The notes: generated by a model not told the origin, from the sequence alone. A stretch of 64,000 bases of DNA from an uncultured virus (IMG/VR IMGVR_UViG_3300044213_000175) (IMGVR_UViG_3300044213_000175), one strand, 5' to 3'. Shown: positions 1-7,962, counted from the first letter of the stretch. Program-made: numbers and translations.

Positions 1-1
1 G

Positions 2-127
2 TTCGCTGAGTTGATTGTAAAAGAATGTGCTGGCATCTACAGCAAGATTGACAACGGTAATCTACACATGGGCACAGACGATTATCTTGAAGCATTACAC
101 AAGACCTTTTTCGGAGTTGAAGAATGA
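2..127 (+). CDS. 3' end of small phage protein (FAELIVKECA...FFGVEE)
   Basis: Open frame from the window edge; the TGA stop overlaps the ATG at 124, with GGAG just upstream. Confidence 0.7.
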   Translation, partial: FAELIVKECAGIYSKIDNGNLHMGTDDYLEALHKTFFGVEE

Positions 128-339
128 CTACCTATGCGTATAGTGAAGCATTGGCATTGGAAAGTGCCCAAAGCCTACCGTATAATCGTGCCACAGGTGA
201 ATATGTATTGCCTGCAGATATTTTGGAATGGTATGCTCGTATTATTGCTTACAAAGTAGCGCACAATATCCGTTTGGGCTACCCGATGGATCTGGGCATT
301 GATCCTCTAACTTATGTTGATTGTGGAGATGAACTGTGA
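124..339 (+). CDS. hypothetical protein
   Basis: ATGA coupling to upstream gene and GTGA coupling to next gene. Confidence 0.65.
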   Translation: MTTYAYSEALALESAQSLPYNRATGEYVLPADILEWYARIIAYKVAHNIRLGYPMDLGIDPLTYVDCGDEL

Positions 340-500
340 ACGAACAAATTAAACACTATCGTGAAACTCAAACATATCCGTGTTTGATATTCTTTATACA
401 GGCTAATCCAGATTTTGGTAAGACATTTACCGTGGAAGGTTACCGCCTTCTTATGAAGAATGGGCAACAAATTGTCAATCAGGTGATCTACAATCAATGA
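336..500 (+). CDS. small hypothetical protein (MNEQIKHY...), not in ORF track
   Basis: Manual translation; GTG start overlaps the previous stop; GGAG upstream. Confidence 0.5.
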   Translation: MNEQIKHYRETQTYPCLIFFIQANPDFGKTFTVEGYRLLMKNGQQIVNQVIYNQ

Positions 501-640
501 TCAGGTCAGCAGTAAGTGAATTACAGTTGAATAAGTATGCCGTTGAATCATTCGAAGATATTGCTAATATCAAAGATGTGAATGGGTTTATTAGATACGC
601 AGATTCACAATTGAATGAACATTTCGGAATTAAACCATGA
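497..640 (+). CDS. small hypothetical protein ending EHFGIKP, not in ORF track
   Basis: Manual translation; ATGA overlaps at both ends. Confidence 0.5.
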   Translation: MIRSAVSELQLNKYAVESFEDIANIKDVNGFIRYADSQLNEHFGIKP

Positions 641-804
641 CTCTTGAAGAAGCCATCAAAATCAAAGAAAGTTTACTAGAACTTACTGCCGATGTAGAGA
701 CATTTAACTGGGGACCTAGTTGGGAATTCGCTAATCAACGTAAAGACGAAGCATTGACAATTATCAAGAAAGAAATCAAAAGGCTGAGAAATGATGTTAC
801 CTAA
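637..804 (+). CDS. small hypothetical protein (MTLEEAIKIK...), not in ORF track
   Basis: Manual translation, 55 aa, coupled start. Confidence 0.55.
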   Translation: MTLEEAIKIKESLLELTADVETFNWGPSWEFANQRKDEALTIIKKEIKRLRNDVT

Positions 805-1081
805 TAATTGGAATGAATTTACTGTAGAGCAACGTAATCTTTGGTTACTATCTGCTCTGAAGGAAGATTTAACTATTACTTTTACCAAAGTAGACGGTAC
901 TGAGCGTGTTATGCCATGTACCCTGCGTAGTGATGCTCTGCCCCCTGTGGCATTAGCAGAGCATCATAAAACAAAAGTATATAAGCCCGAAACTATCAGT
1001 GTTTGGTGCTTGGATAAAAACGAATGGCGAAGCTTTCGGGTTATGAATGTAATTTCGGTTAAAAAACTCGAAAATAGTTAA
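791..1081 (+). CDS. WYL_2/DUF2693-like small beta-barrel protein
   Basis: Motifs TFTKVDGTERVMPCTL and VWCLDKNEWRSFR. Confidence 0.7.
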   Translation: MMLPNNWNEFTVEQRNLWLLSALKEDLTITFTKVDGTERVMPCTLRSDALPPVALAEHHKTKVYKPETISVWCLDKNEWRSFRVMNVISVKKLENS

Positions 1082-1090
1082 TCAAAATAA

Positions 1091-1119
1091 TTGCAATTAA
1101 TTATCTACTTAGCTATAAT
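1091..1119 (+). promoter_or_regulatory. sigma70-type promoter
   Basis: TTGCAA-N17-TATAAT in an intergenic gap. Confidence 0.7.
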
Positions 1120-1163
1120 AGACAGTAACTGTTAAACACAGTAAATTTATAAGGAACTTAAAA

Positions 1164-1424
1164 ATGTTTTCACAAGAATCTAAAACTTTCAAATTGATGA
1201 CGGCACTTCAAAACGGTGAAGTTATGACTGCTAGCCAAATTGCTAAACGGTTTAGCATTGGTAACCCACGTGCCGAAGTTAGCCGCATCCGTCACGCAGG
1301 TGTTGTTGTTTATGCTAACCAACGCCGTGCTGGTAATGGTGTGGTTGTTACTGAGTACCGCACTGGTAAAGCAAGCCGTGCATTGATTGCTGCTGGCTAT
1401 CGTGCTTTGGCCCTGGGCCTGTGA
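1164..1424 (+). CDS. small winged-HTH-like DNA-binding protein
   Basis: MTASQIAKRFSIGNPRAEVSRIR helix-turn-helix pattern; has its own promoter and terminator. Confidence 0.6.
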   Translation: MFSQESKTFKLMTALQNGEVMTASQIAKRFSIGNPRAEVSRIRHAGVVVYANQRRAGNGVVVTEYRTGKASRALIAAGYRALALGL

Positions 1425-1445
1425 TACAACCTGTATCCAACTAAG

Positions 1446-1468
1446 AAGGCTCTTAGGAGCCTTTTTTT
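1446..1468 (+). terminator. intrinsic terminator
   Basis: AAGGCTC-TTAG-GAGCCTT stem followed by a T run. Confidence 0.8.
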
Positions 1469-1484
1469 ATCTGTAAATATTATT

Positions 1485-2285
1485 ATGGTTACAAAATTTT
1501 CAGTTATTAGCGATTTACATTTAGAATTCGGGGATTTAGAGCTTCCCGGAGGAGAAGTGCTGATCGTTGCCGGTGATGCTTGCGAAGCTAACCGCATCAA
1601 ACCAGGATACGATGCCAATAGTTCGGAAAGATATGCAAGGTTTTTTCACGAAGAATGTGCAAAATACGACCGCGTAATTTATGTTATGGGCAATCACGAA
1701 CACTATCATGGTAGATTTGATAAAACATATAATTATCTCAAAGAGGTGCTTCCTAAAAATGTAGAGCTGCTAGAAAAGGCTTATACGGAGGTCAACGATA
1801 TTTTGGTAATAGGTGCTACCCTTTGGACCGATTTAAACGATGGTGATCCGATAACGGCAATGACGGTGAAGTCGGGTATGAACGATTACAAAGTTATCCA
1901 CAACTATTATGAACCAAAAGGATTGTACTATAAACTCACGCCAGAGGTTACTAAGGAAGATCATCAAAAGGCCAAACAGTTTATCAGTGATACCGTTGAA
2001 CAATTCCAAGATCGTCAAGTTGTGGTGGTCACACACCATAGTCCCAGTAGACTTAGTACTGCTACTATGTACCAACATGACTTCCATTTAAATGGTGGAT
2101 ATAGTAGTACCATGGAAAATTTTATTTTGGATCGCCCAAATATCAAATTTTGGATTCATGGTCATACACATGATCGATTTAGATACGAATTAGGTCAATG
2201 TACCGTTATTTGTAATCCCCGGGGCTACGTTGGGTACGAATCGCAAACAAAAACATTTGACACTACAACAGGATTTGTGCTATAG
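1485..2285 (+). CDS. calcineurin-like metallophosphoesterase
   Basis: SDLH, AGD, GNHE, THH and HGHTH motifs. Confidence 0.9.
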   Translation: MVTKFSVISDLHLEFGDLELPGGEVLIVAGDACEANRIKPGYDANSSERYARFFHEECAKYDRVIYVMGNHEHYHGRFDKTYNYLKEVLPKNVELLEKAYTEVNDILVIGATLWTDLNDGDPITAMTVKSGMNDYKVIHNYYEPKGLYYKLTPEVTKEDHQKAKQFISDTVEQFQDRQVVVVTHHSPSRLSTATMYQHDFHLNGGYSSTMENFILDRPNIKFWIHGHTHDRFRYELGQCTVICNPRGYVGYESQTKTFDTTTGFVL

Positions 2286-2312
2286 TAATTAATAATTGAG
2301 GTATTTTAAATT

Positions 2313-2732
2313 ATGAGTCAAATTTCGATAACAGATGCCGCAGGTTCCACTACTGCTACATTGGCAACAGGACCAAGTATATCTATCAGTGATAGAACCA
2401 CGGCCGGGGGCCAATGGAATACTAGCGCCTGGTACAATGGTACCGGTTATTCCATAGCCAATGACAGCGTCAGCGGATTCGATTCGAATCCGCTGAAGGT
2501 TTCGAACGCCGGGCAGCTTGCCCTTAACGGAGATAATGCCGACATTAAGATAAATGGTCAAAGTTTGTCGACTTGGATGAAAACTGTCGATCAACGATTG
2601 GCCATACTCCGTCCTGATCCTGAACTAGAAGCCGAATGGGAGGAATTGAAACAATTAAGCAATCGATATCGGGAATTGGAACAGGAAATTACCGAAAAGA
2701 TGAAAACTTGGGAAATCATTAGCAAGGAATGA
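2313..2732 (+). CDS. hypothetical protein (low-complexity N-terminus, coiled-coil C-terminus)
   Basis: ORF with GAGG upstream. Confidence 0.7.
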   Translation: MSQISITDAAGSTTATLATGPSISISDRTTAGGQWNTSAWYNGTGYSIANDSVSGFDSNPLKVSNAGQLALNGDNADIKINGQSLSTWMKTVDQRLAILRPDPELEAEWEELKQLSNRYRELEQEITEKMKTWEIISKE

Positions 2733-2947
2733 CGACCATACAATGTGTAGAGGGCGAATATCGCATATTATGGACTGCCGATGATGCTACATATGCCCAA
2801 GCTATAAATTGGATTTTTCAAACTTTTGGATATGGGTGGGGACACAGCCACAAGATTGGTGGGGAGAAACGAAATCGATACTCTATAGAATTCAAGCGGT
2901 TGTACCACGCCCAATGGTTTTTATTGAAGTGGGGATCGATAGACTGA
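2729..2947 (+). CDS. LRW-tail array member 1 (...WFLLKWG)
   Basis: Shared C-terminal motif; coupled start. Confidence 0.75.
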   Translation: MTTIQCVEGEYRILWTADDATYAQAINWIFQTFGYGWGHSHKIGGEKRNRYSIEFKRLYHAQWFLLKWGSID

Positions 2948-2959
2948 AATTCACTTTTA

Positions 2960-2968
2960 TGCTATAAT
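2960..2968 (+). promoter_or_regulatory. extended -10 element
   Basis: TGCTATAAT ending 6 nt before the ATG at 2975. Confidence 0.5.
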
Positions 2969-2974
2969 ATAGCT

Positions 2975-3142
2975 ATGACTAACGTAACTATTAACGGCAA
3001 TGCTTTCGATGCAATTGTGTGGGCAAACCAGATATTCGGTCCAGACACTTTTAAAGTAAAACCTTCGTTTCCCAACGAACTTTGGACTTTTGAATTCGAA
3101 ACAGCAAAACAAGCCACTTTATTTGCTCTAAAATGGACCTAA
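2975..3142 (+). CDS. LRW-tail array member 2 (...ATLFALKWT), not in ORF track
   Basis: Manual translation, 55 aa, with the family motif. Confidence 0.75.
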   Translation: MTNVTINGNAFDAIVWANQIFGPDTFKVKPSFPNELWTFEFETAKQATLFALKWT

Positions 3143-3402
3143 GTTTAAGTGAAGATACAATTTACGGTGTACCTTATTACACAGTTTACCCGGTGATTAC
3201 ACATGATAATGACTGGGATTTACTAGAGGACTGGTGTGTGGGTATAATGGGTTTACCAGGAGATATCTGGGAACTGAGAAGCCGGATCTGGATCCGGAAA
3301 GACCAGGCTCCCACGCCGTATGATCGTTGGTATATGAATACCAGCAAATTTTGGTTTCGTGATGAAGCCGATCGTGCTATATTCCTATTGAGGTGGGCAT
3401 AA
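3133..3402 (+). CDS. LRW-tail array member 3
   Basis: Ends FRDEADRAIFLLRWA. Confidence 0.8.
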   Translation: MDLSLSEDTIYGVPYYTVYPVITHDNDWDLLEDWCVGIMGLPGDIWELRSRIWIRKDQAPTPYDRWYMNTSKFWFRDEADRAIFLLRWA

Positions 3403-3404
3403 TT

Positions 3405-3605
3405 ATGTTAATACCATATTTCGGAAATCGCAATGACGTGATAGAATGGCTACATCAACATATAGAATACAAAACACTCTCGCCTACTGGGAGAACAGGA
3501 TTCGACAAACTACATAGTGTTGTATTCGGTGTGTATACCACACAATCTGTAGTGTATTTCAAACATAAAAAAGATGCAGTAATATTTGCCTTGAGGTGGT
3601 CATGA
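3405..3605 (+). CDS. LRW-tail array member 4
   Basis: Ends FKHKKDAVIFALRWS; start moved to the ATG after the junction. Confidence 0.8.
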   Translation: MLIPYFGNRNDVIEWLHQHIEYKTLSPTGRTGFDKLHSVVFGVYTTQSVVYFKHKKDAVIFALRWS

Positions 3606-3811
3606 TTAAGAAACAATACAGCAGATTTGATCCGGGGTATTTTAAAAACTTCATCAACTGTCATGACCCCGAAGATAATATAGAAGAGGCATTAAAACCC
3701 TATAAAGCCACGATTGCCAAAAACAAATATAAAAGACCAAACTGGATCAAATTAAACATCAAGTGGCACGATGAACAACTATACATGATGTTTGTGTTGA
3801 GGTATAGTTAA
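3602..3811 (+). CDS. LRW-tail array member 5
   Basis: Ends MMFVLRYS; ATGA overlap. Confidence 0.8.
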   Translation: MIKKQYSRFDPGYFKNFINCHDPEDNIEEALKPYKATIAKNKYKRPNWIKLNIKWHDEQLYMMFVLRYS

Positions 3812-4056
3812 TGTTTATTCACACTTACGAAACAACTAAAGATTTTCTGACAGACAAGCCACGCAAGTATGTTGCGGCTTTTGAAAGCAAAAGAGAAAAC
3901 AGAGCAGAAATCACTCAATGGTGCTATAAAGCATTTGGGCCTCCTGGTTTCAATCATCTTACATTTGAAACACGATGGAAAGATAGTATTAACTGGGGAG
4001 AAGTATATTTCAGTCGGAAAGAAGACCTTGAGTGGTTCGTATTGAAGTGGTCATGA
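3811..4056 (+). CDS. LRW-tail array member 6
   Basis: Ends FSRKEDLEWFVLKWS. Confidence 0.8.
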   Translation: MFIHTYETTKDFLTDKPRKYVAAFESKRENRAEITQWCYKAFGPPGFNHLTFETRWKDSINWGEVYFSRKEDLEWFVLKWS

Positions 4057-4271
4057 TTACATTTAGCCTTAACTCTATTAACCAAGATAAACTAGACTGG
4101 CTATATGCCAATGTTGGCCACGGCGGCAGATGGTTATACAACAAAATAACTGATCGAGTTGAACCTGAAGATGGCGACAACTGGGGGTATTATTTTGATG
4201 GTCCTAGTTGGTACAAGATATGTTTCTTAGATGAAAAGAAAGCAATACTGTATTCGTTGAGGTGGGCATGA
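4053..4271 (+). CDS. LRW-tail array member 7
   Basis: Ends FLDEKKAILYSLRWA. Confidence 0.8.
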   Translation: MITFSLNSINQDKLDWLYANVGHGGRWLYNKITDRVEPEDGDNWGYYFDGPSWYKICFLDEKKAILYSLRWA

Positions 4272-4516
4272 GCTTCGTTGATACTAACATAATTATAAAA
4301 CAGCTTAATAAATGTTATCTGGACTACGATCCCACATGGCAAACTAAGTTTGACGAGCACCGAGTTCTTTCATTTAAGTCTTATATAGAACAACATGGTG
4401 GCCTGAGATTAGTTTTTATTCGAAGCATTAAGAACGGAAAGTACGGATACGAACTCCAACAAGTTGCAATCGTAGACGAACCTAAATTTACAATGTGGAT
4501 GCTGAGGTGGTCATGA
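4268..4516 (+). CDS. LRW-tail array member 8
   Basis: Ends DEPKFTMWMLRWS. Confidence 0.8.
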   Translation: MSFVDTNIIIKQLNKCYLDYDPTWQTKFDEHRVLSFKSYIEQHGGLRLVFIRSIKNGKYGYELQQVAIVDEPKFTMWMLRWS

Positions 4517-4866
4517 ACGGTAATATCACAGTTCAAGGGCAGATGATTGCTCTACTTAGAAAAAATATACCCAAACTTATGGCACAGGATATTGTAGGTG
4601 TACAGCCTATGGGTACCGGTACTGGAAGAATATTTATGGTGCGGCCTGACTACTACACAAGCAAGTATAAATTCAGCCGTGCCAAATGGTATGTGGCAGA
4701 GTTTGATGACAAGAACTATGCTGATGTGGATGAATGGTGTGCAGAACAGTTTGGGCCGCATCCACGAAGACCAGATGCTTGGAGTCGTTGGCATCATACT
4801 TACCACAATAGGATTCATTTTGCCTATGAAAAAGATTATATATTGTTTATGTTGAGGTGGTCATGA
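4513..4866 (+). CDS. LRW-tail array member 9, with N-terminal major-capsid (Gol-like) segment
   Basis: N-terminal LRKNIPKLMAQDIVGVQPM; ends FAYEKDYILFMLRWS. Confidence 0.8.
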   Translation: MNGNITVQGQMIALLRKNIPKLMAQDIVGVQPMGTGTGRIFMVRPDYYTSKYKFSRAKWYVAEFDDKNYADVDEWCAEQFGPHPRRPDAWSRWHHTYHNRIHFAYEKDYILFMLRWS

Positions 4867-5075
4867 AGTTTGATTTAACTAAAAAACAAAATTTGGAAAT
4901 GTTCCGTCGTGCCTGGGCTGCTGCCGGTGCAAGGCCAGGTCTCAGTGTGCCAGAGAGTTCTGCACTCTGGTTCAAACGATTTGGTTGTCGAATGACTTAT
5001 GGTCGAAGCGGGTTTGTGCTGGCCGAATTTTCAGATGAAAAACGGGCAGTGGAATTTTTGCTGAGGTGGTCATGA
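4863..5075 (+). CDS. LRW-tail array member 10
   Basis: Ends FSDEKRAVEFLLRWS. Confidence 0.8.
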   Translation: MKFDLTKKQNLEMFRRAWAAAGARPGLSVPESSALWFKRFGCRMTYGRSGFVLAEFSDEKRAVEFLLRWS

Positions 5076-5308
5076 CTTACTTGCCGCGAAACGGACAATA
5101 TGAACTGTTCACTTATCGTGGACGGACACATTGTTTTGATGAACCAGGTGTTGAAATTGTCAGCACTCCTGAAATGTTTGCTTGGCTTCGTAGTCAACCA
5201 GAAGAGCAGTGTCGTCCATTTGATCACAGTGATGTGGCTTTTTATTTGACTCCGAATATGTATTTGATATGGAAATTGAGGTGGGCTTATGAGCACAGTA
5301 GGGTATAA
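5072..5308 (+). CDS. LRW-tail array member 11 (extended tail)
   Basis: Ends LIWKLRWAYEHSRV. Confidence 0.75.
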   Translation: MTYLPRNGQYELFTYRGRTHCFDEPGVEIVSTPEMFAWLRSQPEEQCRPFDHSDVAFYLTPNMYLIWKLRWAYEHSRV

Positions 5309-5582
5309 GGGCAACGTAGTATTGTGTCAAGGGGCAACATTCGCTCCTTACATTCCAGCCGTAGAATCCAATTTTAAGATTTTGGACCAGTCCTTGGTTG
5401 ATGGTGAGCAGTGGTATACTGTCAGTTGCCTGCGAGAAACCAGCAAATGGCTAAGGGAAACTTATCAGGACAGTGAAGATAAACTTTGGTTCCAAAATAT
5501 TGATGAAAAATGGCATATAAACTTCAACGTGTTTGACATACATGTAAACATCTATACTTTGTTAGCATTGAAGTGGTCATAA
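5289..5582 (+). CDS. LRW-tail array member 12, with N-terminal capsid-like segment
   Basis: Starts TVGYKG...FAPYIP; ends YTLLALKWS. Confidence 0.8.
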   Translation: MSTVGYKGNVVLCQGATFAPYIPAVESNFKILDQSLVDGEQWYTVSCLRETSKWLRETYQDSEDKLWFQNIDEKWHINFNVFDIHVNIYTLLALKWS

Positions 5583-5583
5583 T

Positions 5584-5847
5584 ATGTGGCAAATAAAATT
5601 TTATAGACATCAAATGTTACAGGATCGTTATAGAAATTTAGAGACGGGTACGGTAGTAAGTGTTGAATACAATTGGGTTCCTACTTTTGTATTAATGCCA
5701 CACAAAACTATTGGTAATAAGTATGTGTGGTTTAAGAAAGTTTATATGCGTAGAGTATGGGTTTATACAGGATTTGTTGATGAACCAGAAACACAATATG
5801 CAGAACTATTTGATATTATAACCAACGGATATGAAATACTGGAATAA
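5584..5847 (+). CDS. array-embedded hypothetical protein lacking the LRW tail
   Basis: ORF between two family members. Confidence 0.7.
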   Translation: MWQIKFYRHQMLQDRYRNLETGTVVSVEYNWVPTFVLMPHKTIGNKYVWFKKVYMRRVWVYTGFVDEPETQYAELFDIITNGYEILE

Positions 5848-6043
5848 AGACAAACGAATTCGACAACATCACTGGCACCGAGTAGAACGTGGAAATGTCT
5901 TGGGTTTCTTGGGTTACAATGAGACCAAACGCATTCTACAACTACATGAAAGCCCGGGCAGGTTTTATTTGTACTATGGCTCAAGAACCATATGGTTTGA
6001 ACGTGAACAAGATGCCACGTGGTTTTTGTTGAGGTGGGCATGA
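5831..6043 (+). CDS. LRW-tail array member 13
   Basis: Ends FEREQDATWFLLRWA. Confidence 0.8.
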   Translation: MKYWNKDKRIRQHHWHRVERGNVLGFLGYNETKRILQLHESPGRFYLYYGSRTIWFEREQDATWFLLRWA

Positions 6044-6327
6044 TACTGTCAAGGCCCGAATTTGCTGATTACTTTAACTCGTTGAAACCCGGGTTGGGTA
6101 ATCCAGATAGTCCGCTATGGGAACCCGAAGATCAAATTGACAGTCAATGGTTTGTATGTGTTAAACCATTGGATGTTACTCGATACAAGTGGTCATATTG
6201 GGACTGGTGCAATGCTCATTTGAATGGCAGAGTTCGTTGCTATAGCAGCGACTCCGATAATGGCAAAGAGTGGTGGGGATTTACAGACAAACAGGATATT
6301 GTATTATGGACTTTAAAGTGGACGTAG
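6040..6327 (+). CDS. LRW-tail array member 14
   Basis: Ends FTDKQDIVLWTLKWT. Confidence 0.8.
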   Translation: MILSRPEFADYFNSLKPGLGNPDSPLWEPEDQIDSQWFVCVKPLDVTRYKWSYWDWCNAHLNGRVRCYSSDSDNGKEWWGFTDKQDIVLWTLKWT

Positions 6328-6548
6328 GAAATGTTTTACCGGGGGATCATCCTGCCGCCGAGAATGCAGCTCGTTGGTTGCGTGAGCATTTTGACATTCC
6401 AGTACAGTTTACATTGTTTGATGAGTTCGAACAATATTTCGATTGTAGAATAGATGTAGATGATCGCAAAGATAATTGGATGATGCCCAACAAAATCATA
6501 TTTGAAAACCGCGCAGATTTAATGATGTTTATATTGAGATGGTCATGA
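6306..6548 (+). CDS. LRW-tail array member 15 (start 6306 or GTG 6318)
   Basis: Ends FENRADLMMFILRWS. Confidence 0.75.
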   Translation: MDFKVDVGNVLPGDHPAAENAARWLREHFDIPVQFTLFDEFEQYFDCRIDVDDRKDNWMMPNKIIFENRADLMMFILRWS

Positions 6549-6799
6549 TACATTACAAAGAAGTAAAGTATGGAGAAACAGTAATCAAGTTTCCAAAACT
6601 CTACCGTGTGGTTTATGCTCATACTACGGATGGTGTGATGGTGGCATATCAACGCAGTGTAAAAGATCATCTGGTTGACCAGTGGCTTAAAGAAAACTGT
6701 CATGGTCGTTACTATCATAGTCCGGGATACCTAACAGAGAAGTTCATTGAGTTTGAAGATGGCCAAGATGCTACATTATTTGTGTTGAGGTGGGTATGA
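6545..6799 (+). CDS. LRW-tail array member 16
   Basis: Ends FEDGQDATLFVLRWV. Confidence 0.8.
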   Translation: MIHYKEVKYGETVIKFPKLYRVVYAHTTDGVMVAYQRSVKDHLVDQWLKENCHGRYYHSPGYLTEKFIEFEDGQDATLFVLRWV

Positions 6800-6966
6800 A
6801 AAACTTAATATCAATCGACTGGCATTGTCGAGAAGAATTCTGGGATTGGTGTGTTGACGCAGGTTGTGCACCCGAATATCAGTCCAATATTCGAGATTCG
6901 AGTTATGGTATCTGGCATATACCCGACAAAAAGGTGTATGCTTTAGCACTGTTGAGATGGGAATGA
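6796..6966 (+). CDS. LRW-tail array member 17 (...YALALLRWE), not in ORF track
   Basis: Manual translation, 56 aa; ATGA overlaps at both ends. Confidence 0.75.
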   Translation: MKNLISIDWHCREEFWDWCVDAGCAPEYQSNIRDSSYGIWHIPDKKVYALALLRWE

Positions 6967-7172
6967 TACCACTACCGTACTGCGAAATAACAGATAGACA
7001 TGGACTCCACTATGCAAGGCTGTGGTGTGAAGAACTATGGGGTAAAAGTCGGGATAATTATAATCAAGACGGTACGTGGTCTGTGTATTGGGGAGGTATT
7101 GCTAACACTTATCAATGGCATTTTGCTACTGAAGAACAACGAACTTGGTTTATACTAAAATGGAAAATATAA
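6963..7172 (+). CDS. LRW-tail array member 18
   Basis: Ends FATEEQRTWFILKWKI; start at the junction ATG. Confidence 0.75.
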   Translation: MIPLPYCEITDRHGLHYARLWCEELWGKSRDNYNQDGTWSVYWGGIANTYQWHFATEEQRTWFILKWKI

Positions 7173-7459
7173 TGAAAACTCTTAAAGATGCTGCTTATGA
7201 TGTCGAGGATGAACTAATCAAATCCTTCCAAGAGGAACTAGATTGGAGAGTTAGAATGGACACTTTTGTGGCTGATAAATATACTCAAATTACAATGCCT
7301 TGGTCGGGGTGGATGGATGCTCCCAAAGCGCAAGAAATTCGTGATTGGTGTCGGACTAATCTTACCGATCATTTTCTCGGCAGGGGCCCAGACTGGTTGT
7401 TTAAAAATGAAAAAGATGCTATACTATTTAAATTAAGATGGTATGGCCAAGAGCATTAA
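7172..7459 (+). CDS. LRW-tail array member 19
   Basis: Ends FKNEKDAILFKLRWYGQEH. Confidence 0.8.
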   Translation: MKTLKDAAYDVEDELIKSFQEELDWRVRMDTFVADKYTQITMPWSGWMDAPKAQEIRDWCRTNLTDHFLGRGPDWLFKNEKDAILFKLRWYGQEH

Positions 7460-7697
7460 ATTCAAAGTACACGTATGGCACGAGCTGCTAAAGAGTCTTA
7501 AGGAAACTTATAAGACTAAGCCCAGTGTTTTGTCTATTTCATACACAATGCGTAGAGAACTAGGTTTTACCGTCAGATATCATAGTTTCTTCGATGAATC
7601 AAATGGGCAGTTTGAAGAAGTTATATATTTGGACTTCTTTGATGATCATTTAGAAACATTGTTTAGATTAAAATATGCGGAGTATTTAAATGGCTAA
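7443..7697 (+). CDS. LRW-tail array member 20 (divergent)
   Basis: Ends FFDDHLETLFRLKY... Confidence 0.7.
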   Translation: MAKSIKFKVHVWHELLKSLKETYKTKPSVLSISYTMRRELGFTVRYHSFFDESNGQFEEVIYLDFFDDHLETLFRLKYAEYLNG

Positions 7698-7962
7698 TCT
7701 ATTAGAATATTTTACAAAAACTGCCTACAAACCAAAATACGTTATAGGTGATAGGGTTTTTGGTCGATGGAACAAAATTCCTTTTATAGGTACTGTGGGC
7801 AATGATACTATAATTTCAAATACGCAAGGCCCGCAGATCAGTATACTGTTGGATTTGCCTATTGCCGTAAAAGGTCAGACTCATAACATTTTAATTGTCA
7901 AACATAAGGATGTCAAACTGTTAAAGTCGTTTGAAAATGAATCTAAACAAAAAATTAAATAA
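7690..7962 (+). CDS. hypothetical protein
   Basis: ORF with GGAG upstream. Confidence 0.7.
   Translation: MANLLEYFTKTAYKPKYVIGDRVFGRWNKIPFIGTVGNDTIISNTQGPQISILLDLPIAVKGQTHNILIVKHKDVKLLKSFENESKQKIK

Larger units (their letters stand above)
3388..6966 (+). repeat. dispersed gene-junction repeat, consensus TTGAGGTGGTCATGA (14 near-identical copies)
   Basis: Copies at 3388, 3591, 3797, 4042, 4257, 4502, 4852, 5061, 5276, 5568, 6029, 6534, 6785 and 6952. Confidence 0.9.

Noticed and set aside
4501..4510. GCTGAGGTGG as a Chi site
   Set aside because: It does not match GCTGGTGG and is explained by the junction motif.
3388..6966. Junction repeats as a CRISPR array or integron attC sites
   Set aside because: The intervals are whole ORFs of about 170 bp or more, the repeat is 15 nt and non-palindromic, and no cas or integrase gene was seen.
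4513..7459. Capsid-like fragments as a pseudogenised major capsid gene
   Set aside because: The pieces are short and each is fused in frame to an intact array gene, with unrelated intact genes in between.
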